Positions 37,101 to 44,048 of a stretch of 44,048 nt of DNA are shown in pieces. The notes beneath the pieces are model-generated. The model made no database searches. It had not been told where the DNA came from and saw nothing but the letters and a program-made list of their open reading frames with translations. The DNA is from Chiloscyllium plagiosum (Eukaryota), in assembly GCF_004010195.1 (NCBI RefSeq), contig NC_057713.1, forward strand, positions 102,602,124 through 102,646,171, written 5' to 3'. Both the position numbers and the translations under genes were made by a program. How positions within the stretch are numbered: position 1 is the stretch's first letter; every line of letters starts with the position of its first letter.

Positions 37101-40100
37101 TTATTCAACTACAGAAAATCATCCAATCATGAGAAATAAATGTAAAAAATGCATATAATACTCAATGGGTCTGGCATCACCTGTGGATAGAGAAGCAGAA
37201 TTATTGTTTTGATTTAAACATAATGCTTCTTCAGAACTTGTTTATGCCACTGAAAAGAGGGAAGAGATAGAACAGAGGAAGAGCAAAAGACAGGTCTGGG
37301 CTTGGGATAGACAAGAAGAGACTAAATGCCAAAGATGATACAGAGCAAAAGGCAAAAGGATTGGTTATGGTTGTTGTAATGAAACAAAGCATTTGTCCAC
37401 ATTTAGTATGAAGAATAGAATAATGGACAGCTCCAAAAACAAACACAAGGAAGACATTTATCAGACTGACACATGGAATTAAATCAGAATTAAAACTGGG
37501 AATGAAGTTCTGAAACTGTTCATGTCAATATTGAGTCCATAAGGCTGTAAAGTGCCTAATTGGAAATGAGGTGTTAGTCTTTGATCTTGCATTGAATTTC
37601 AATTGAACATGCAACAGGTCAAGCTCAGAATTGTGAGGAAGAGGGCACGGCGATGAATTAAAATGGAAAGCATTGGAAATACTTATTTTCAAATTCTGAC
37701 ATTAGAGGAGTGTGCAAAGGTTTCCACCAGCGTGAATCACTGCTCTTTATAATAGATGAAAATTACAAAACAGGGTACACAAGAGTTGACAGAATAAGGA
37801 GAAAAGGTTGTTTTCAAAAATATTACAAGATCCTTCTTTTGTTTATGGACAAGCATAGAAGCCATACGTATATAAAGCATAAACCTAAAGTTATGACATA
37901 TTTTCACTTGGTCTAGATGAGAGTGGTGATGGAAAACAGGTCAGACAATTCAGATTCCTGATGAAGGGCTTTTGGCCGAAATGTCAATTTTCCTGCTCCT
38001 CAAATGCTGCCTGACCTGCTGTGCTTTTCCAGCACCATTCGAATCTAGACTCTGATTTCCAGCATCTGCAGTCCTCACATTTGCCTATGTTCTCACTAGG
38101 GGCAATTTCAGGGTACACCTGCTGGATGGCAGATATCTGCTACGTGCATTGGTCAGCTCTGTTGAAAATGGATCATAAACAAGCATCACCAACAAACTTC
38201 TCATTAAGTACAAAAGAAAGAAATAGGTTGAATGAAGAGGCACAGAATGAAAAGCAGAAAAGGCATGCCAACCTTTCATAAAATACTGAATAGGCCACAA
38301 CTAGGATCATTATGGCAATATCGAGGTACAACCTTTTAGAAAGATGTCCCAAACCATATGCCAGGAGTACAATGAAGATTGGTGAGAATGAAAGCAGGGA
38401 TGGGGAATCTCAGATGTGGGTTGTTCTCCTTAGAGCAGCAGAAGTTAAAAAAGATTTGATAGAGGTATGTGAGGGTCATGCACAGTTTTTCTTAGGAGAA
38501 TAAAAAGAAAATGTTTCCATTGAAAGTCATATTTTTAACTAAAGGAACCAAAGTGTATGTAACTGACCATAGAAGAAGAGACATGAGCAGTTTGCACAGC
38601 AAGGTTTATGTGCAGGAGAATGCAATTAGCGAGATGATGTGTGCTAATTCAATTGTGATTTTTAAAACTGTATGAGATAAATTGTTCAAGGCAAAATAGG
38701 TTTGCAGTGCCAACAGGAAATAGGGAAGAGGATGTCTCTAATCTTATGGGTTTTTTTTTTCAAAAATGTGCCACAGGCAGAATAGACTGAACAGCCTCCA
38801 TTTGTGATGCAAGAATCTATGAGTCATTCAAGTATCAAAACTTGGAGTAAATGCACTCTTTACATTCCAATTAGTAGTTTCCAAATCTTATAAGGAGGAT
38901 CAGTAACATATAGGGTTCACCAAATCTCTAGGAATGACTGTTGTCAGTCATTACAAAACCAGAAATTGCTGGTAAGGCTTAGCAGTCTGACAGTATCTGA
39001 AGAGAGAAATCAGAGTTAAAAATTTAGGTTCAATGCCCTTCCTCAGAACTACCCTCCCAGTAGTTAGTCTATTTTGAAGGGAATGAGTTGCCTTAGATCC
39101 CAGGCAAATGTAAACTAATACATCCTCAGCAGGGCAAGGCTGGCAGCTGAAGGTAATGCAGGATGTCTGGAGAAATTGAGGGTTGGTCAAGAATACGAAG
39201 GAAGCATATGTCAGGTATAGACAGCAGAGATTGAGTGAATCCTTCAAATAATTTAAAGGCAGTAGGGATATGTTTCAGAGGGAAATCAGGAGGGTGAAAA
39301 AAGGAAATGAGGTAGCAGTGGCAAATGGTGTTAAGGAGAATCCAAAGGCAGTCGACAAATACGTTAAGGACAAAAAAGTAACTACGGAGAGACTAGGGCC
39401 CTTTAAGGATCAGCAAGGCTGCTAGAGTGTGGAATTGCAGGAGGTCAGGGAAATGCTAAATGAGTATTTTGCATCACTTTTTTTAATCCTGTGGAATAGG
39501 ATATGGAAGTTGGAGAACATGGGGAAATAGAAAAAAACATTTTGAAAACTGTTAGAGAGGAGGTAATGCTGGTAATCTTAAAACACAGCAAGGTAAATAA
39601 ATCCTTACGAGCTGATCATGTGTCCACATAAATCTGTGGGAAGTGAGAGAAATGGCTCCTGGGCCCCTTGCTGAGATATTTATATCATTGATAGCCACAA
39701 GTGTGGCGCTGGAAAACTGAAGGTTGGCTAATGTGGTGCCACAATTTAAGAAAGGTGGTAAGGAAAGGCCAGGGAACTTTAGACCAGTGAGCCTAACATC
39801 GGTGGTGGGCAAGTTGCTGGACGTAATCCTGAGTGATAGGATTTACATGTATTTGGAAAGGCAAGGACTGATTAAGGATAGTCAACATGGCTTTGTGCAT
39901 GGGAAATTATGTCTCACTGACTTGATTGAGTTTTTTGAAGTAGTAACGATGAGTATTAATGCAGAGACAGTGGTGGAGGTGGCTTCAGTAAGGCATTCAC
40001 AAGGTTGTTCATGGTAGACTGATTAGCAAGTTGAGATCATATGGAATACAGGGATAACTAGCCATTTGGATGCAGAACTGGCTCAAAGGTGGTGATGGGG

Positions 40101-40132
40101 GGTTTTTTCAGACTGGAGGCCTGTGACCAGTG

Positions 40133-41108
40133 TAGGTCTGACTGTAGGTTGTGGAAACGGCACAGGGTGATGCATTGTATATGGAGATTGGTGGGGTGGA
40201 AGGTGAGACCGAGGGATTGAAAGAGTGGGGTTCAAGAGTGGAGGTACAGGAAGTGGAGGAGTTGTGCTGGAGGGCATCATTGACCACATAGGAGGGAAAA
40301 TTGCTGTCCTCAAAGTAGGAGACTCCACCAACAGAGATATATTTCCCTCCCTACCCCTGTCAGCATTCTGCAAAGACCATTCCTCCCTGACTCCCTCATT
40401 AGGTCCATGCCTCCCACCAACCCATACGCCACACGCAGCACCTTCCCTTGCCACCGCAAGATATGTGAAAACTATGTCCACACCCAGCCCCCACCTCCAT
40501 TCAAGGACCCAAAGGAAATTTCCACATCTGGCAGAGATTTTCCTGCACATCCAAACACCTCATCTACTGTGTCCATTGCTCTCAACATGCTCTCCTCTAC
40601 ATTGGGGAGACAGGATGCCAATCACAAAAGGTTTCAGAGAACATCTCTGGGACATGAGCATCAAACAACCCCACCATCCTGTGGCCAACCACTTCAACAC
40701 CCCCTCCCATTCCACCAAGAATATTCAAGTCCTGGGCCTCCTTCACCACCAAATCCTAGCCACCTGTCATCTGGAGGAAGTATTAGATTAGATTAGATTA
40801 CTTTACAGTGTGGAAACAGGCCCTTCGGCCCAACAAGTCCACATCTGGAGGAAGTATGTCTCATCTTCTGCCTTGGGACCTTCCAACCACATGGCATCAA
40901 TGTCAATTTCACCAGTTTCTTCATCTCCCCTCCCCCCAACTCATCCCATATTCAATCCTCCAAATTCAACACTGCTCTCTTGAACTATCTCGCCTGTATA
41001 TCTTTCTAGACTCTCCTGCTCCTTGGATGCTGTCTGACTGGCTGCGCTTTTCCAGCGTCACATTTTTCAACTCTGATCTCCAGCATCTACAGTCTTCACT
41101 TTCTCCTC
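40133..41108 (+). mobile_element. Degenerate Penelope-like element (GIY-YIG region), 5' part apparently inverted
   Basis: Frameshifted YIGETG...FREHL...HPVANHFNTPSHS...LIFCLGTFQPHGIN, followed by the terminal repeat GGATGCTG...CATCT.CAGTC. Confidence 0.75.
40784..40841 (-). mobile_element. 58-bp HE1/HER1-type 3' tail insertion
   Basis: (GATTA)n tail; 16-bp TSD CATCTGGAGGAAGTAT at 40768-40783 and 40842-40857. Confidence 0.8.
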
Positions 41109-42659
41109 TCGGAGTTGGGAGGTCATGTGGCAGCTGTACAGGAGATTGGTTAGGCCAGTTTTGGAATGATGTGTGCCATTACGGTCTTTTTGGTATCTGA
41201 AGAATGTTGTGAAATTTGAAAAGGTTCAGAAAAGACTTAGAAGGATGTTGCCCGGGATGGAGGGTTTGAGCTATAGGGAGAGGCTGAATAGACTGGGAGT
41301 AATTTCCCTTGAGTGTATTGGAGGTTGAGGGGTGACCTTCCAGAGATTTATAAAATCATGACATGCCTGGATAGGTTGAATAAGCAAGGTCTTTTCCCGG
41401 GGTGGGGGAATCCAAAGCTGGAAGGCTGAGGTTTAAGATGCGAGGGGAAATATTTTGAAGGGATGTAAGCAGTAACTTTTTCACACACAGGGTGGTGCGG
41501 ACGCTGGTATTATTACAAAATCGACAAGGCATCTGGATGGGTATATGAATAGGAAGGGTTGAAAGGGATATGGACCAAATGAGACTAGAATTCTTTAGGA
41601 TATTTGGTCGGCATGGAAGGGTTGGACCTGAGTGTCTGTTTCCATGTTGTACAGCTCCATGATTCGATGACAAAACAGATTATCACGGTTCTCACAAATG
41701 TATGTAACAGATAAAAAGGACGGTAAGACAGTTCCAAAGTGTGCATAGCATTATCAGATCATCTCAATTGTCTACTTTCCAGAACTCAGACTCAGTCAGT
41801 TGGAATTTTTTTTGTTAAATTCAGCCAAACTGACGAGGCTGCTTTGAATTGTCCAGCGGAACGTAGTGATGATAATCCTTGAAGGGACGGTCTGTGATGC
41901 GGGTACTCTCAGGGTGGTGTGGCAGTGTTTCATTTTGAGTAGCTGTTGGGCTTTTCCTCGGGCAGCAATTATTGTGGATCCGGAATCACATACAGGCCAG
42001 ACTCGGTAATGACGGCAGACTTCACCCGGGAAGGGTCTTTCTTTTAACGACAATCACTTCTTTTGCTGTTGCTGCTTTTAAAACTGAATATAATTGTCAG
42101 AATTTAAAATTCCAGGCCCCGTGATGGAATTTCATCTCATACTTCCAGGGCATTGAACCATTAGATGATGAATTCAGTAAATTCAATAACATAACCACTT
42201 GTACCCCGAATGTAGATCTTTGTTGGGAATGCTTTCTTTCGGGATCAACGGGATCATAAACAAAAGCTTTAATTCAGCTAATTCGGACTTCAGAGCAGAT
42301 AGTTCTTTGATAATGTATTTGGAACCTACCCTTTGAGAGAGTGGAGCGAATTCACTGTTAAATTTGATCGTTTTGCCCCCGTTGTGTCTGTTTCACCCCT
42401 CGCCCCCACCACTCCACTCACTCTGTTCCCACATCCCTCAGCCCCTCCACCAATTCTCCCTGCTCACATCTCTCAGCATGGGTTGAGCAAGCAGGTTAAC
42501 TCGGAGCTGCTTCAGTTACAATCTTAAACTGAATTTTGAATTAACACTTCCCGTGACTGTGAAATTAAAAGAAACAAACGAGAAACGGTAAAAGAGACGG
42601 AGAATAAGTGTTCTCACGTTTTATAAACGAGAGATTCAACTGGGGGGTTCAATTTATGC

Positions 42660-42771
42660 TGAGCAAGGAAATTCCCGCCTTTGAGGAGGGGAACGGAAGA
42701 CACCTTGCCTCATTTATAGACATAACCCTGAGCAGCAGGAACAGAGTACAGAGCGAGCCGGTCCCTGCACA
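42660..42771 (+). promoter_or_regulatory. Putative V-f promoter
   Basis: GGAAATTCCC (kappaB consensus on the minus strand) 42667-42676, CGGAAG near 42694, TATA-like TTTATAGA near 42713. Confidence 0.45.
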
Positions 42772-43180
42772 ATGTTCCGGGTGATTGTGGCGCTAGTTTT
42801 ATCATGTACGCACTTATATTTGTTGAGGCGTATTGTTAGTCCACCATTCATCATCGTTTTCAATCGAATTTTGTTCTTTTTTTCCCAGATGGGCGTTTGG
42901 CTGAATGTTTCTCACAGACACCGATGTCATATGTGAGCAAGCTCGGTAAAAGTGTCAGATTTAAGTGTAACCTAGACAGCGGGAGCACTGTAGTCCATTG
43001 GTACCAGCACCGAGAGGGTCAGGCGCCCTCCAGAATACTTTATTATGACAGCAAGGTCAATCGGGATTCGGGATTCGGCAGCAGGTTTAAAGCGGATAAG
43101 AAGAACACTGTGTGCACTTTGATCATCAATGACATCGTGAAGGAAGACGCTGCCACTTATTACTGCGCCTATTGGGACAG
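42772..43180 (+). CDS. TRGV: TCR gamma V segment V-f, apparently functional
   Basis: Leader 42772-42805 (MFRVIVALVLS, donor GTACGC), 83-bp intron with polypyrimidine tract and CAG, V exon 42889-43180: GRLAECFSQTPMSYVSKLGKSVRFKC...VHWYQ...DAATYYCAYWD. Confidence 0.93.
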
Positions 43181-43219
43181 CACAGTGTTCAACAGAGATA
43201 GAAATGCTTAACAAAAACG
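43181..43219 (+). other. 23-RSS of V-f
   Basis: CACAGTG, 23-nt spacer, ACAAAAACG. Confidence 0.92.
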
Positions 43220-43894
43220 CGGCGCTTCAGATCGCTCCTCCCGCAGCCACCACACAAACATCAACTCCTATTTATAAAGCGCCATTAACATACTAAATCG
43301 TCCCACTGTGTCTCAAAGGCTACATTGTTAAAAAAAATTAAATGCGAGGCTAAATATATGTCGACGGATGTGTATTTGAAGCTGCCTTTTTATTTTGACT
43401 TGTGATGGGGCAATTGACACAATAAAAACCGAAAGAACAGCGGACGCTGCAAATCAAAAACAAAATCAAATGACCAGGAAACGCTCAGCAGGTCTGGCAG
43501 CATCAGCGGAGAGAAATCAGAGTTAACGTTTCGTGTGGAGTGTCCCTTGCTGTGCTGAGAACTGAATTTTTGAGGGAGGCTCCCTGCTGAGCCTTTCCAG
43601 AGATTTTTGGTTTTGCTTCCGTTTTAGTCAAGGATTGGAATGTAGCGCAGGTTTCGGAGAGGAGGTGGGATGGCACCTGGGACGATCGGGAGGGGTGAGA
43701 CGAGGGGTGGTACTGTCACTTTTGGAATGTACAGAAACAATGTGTTTTTCTAAAACAGGCTATTTCTGAATTCGAGCACTGTACTGTCCACGTGACATAA
43801 TGCATAAATATCCAATTAATTCTCGTTGAGTTTGAGTGCGACTCGGAGTCTTTTCTGGCGTAGACTTACCCAGTGTTGGCTCAATAAGGGATCC

Positions 43895-44048
43895 TGGATC
43901 AGTGGTGCTGGAAGAGCACAGCAATTCAGGCAGCATCCGAGGACAGGCAAAATCGACGTTTCGGGCAAAAGCCCTTCATCAGGAATAAAGGCAGAGAGCC
44001 TGAAGCGTGGAGAGATAAGCTAGAGGAGGGGGGGGGTGGGGAGAGAGT
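43895..44048 (-). mobile_element. Penelope-like element terminal region, running off the window
   Basis: Same family as 22023-22101 and about 37950-38075 (GCTGGAA..GCACAGCA..TCAGGCAGCATC...GACGTTTCGGGC), with the hammerhead motif. Confidence 0.6.
43951..43986 (-). ncRNA. Minimal type I hammerhead ribozyme motif (PLE-associated)
   Basis: Minus strand ATTC-CTGATGA-A-GGGC-TTTT-GCCC-GAAAC-GTC-GATT. Confidence 0.7.

Larger units (their letters stand above)
39055..41670 (+). mobile_element. Degenerate CR1-like LINE ORF2 and 3' end, interrupted by a Penelope-like element
   Basis: 39724-40017 encodes ANVVPQFKKGGKERPGNFRPVSLTSVVGKLL...SQHGFVHGKLCLTDLIEFFE; the CR1 3' portion resumes near 41110. Confidence 0.85.

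Noticed and set aside
872-43219. Assignment as Ig light/heavy or another TCR chain
   Set aside because: HWY plus YYCAxW motifs, 23-type RSS and a translocon-like V array without interspersed J/C fit TRG; shark Ig genes are in clusters.
43304-43310. CACTGTG as a J- or D-type RSS (also at 20336; CACTGTA at 43777)
   Set aside because: No nonamer at 12 or 23 spacing and no FGxG motif downstream.

Overview
Eukaryotic genomic DNA from a cartilaginous fish; the HE1-type SINE and Penelope/CR1 repeats suggest a carpet/bamboo shark, which is inference. The window is part of the variable-gene array of a T-cell receptor gamma (TRG) locus. Six TRGV segments from four subgroups lie on the + strand: three apparently functional (13278, 19541, 42772), one with an in-frame stop (872), one leaderless identical-exon duplicate (15009), and one with a mutated splice acceptor and a transposon insertion (21502). 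The five with a visible 3' end carry a 23-type RSS. No D, J or C segment was seen. Positions 1-33582 consist of three copies of a roughly 14-17 kb tandem segmental duplication showing V-gene birth and death, and the first N gap probably hides more V genes. Intergenic DNA is CR1-like LINE debris, HE1 SINEs and many Penelope-like element ends carrying minimal hammerhead ribozyme motifs. I see no wholly new system. The most unusual items are the leaderless but recombination-competent V duplicate, the hammerhead-bearing inverted Penelope insertion, and the mosaic duplication history.
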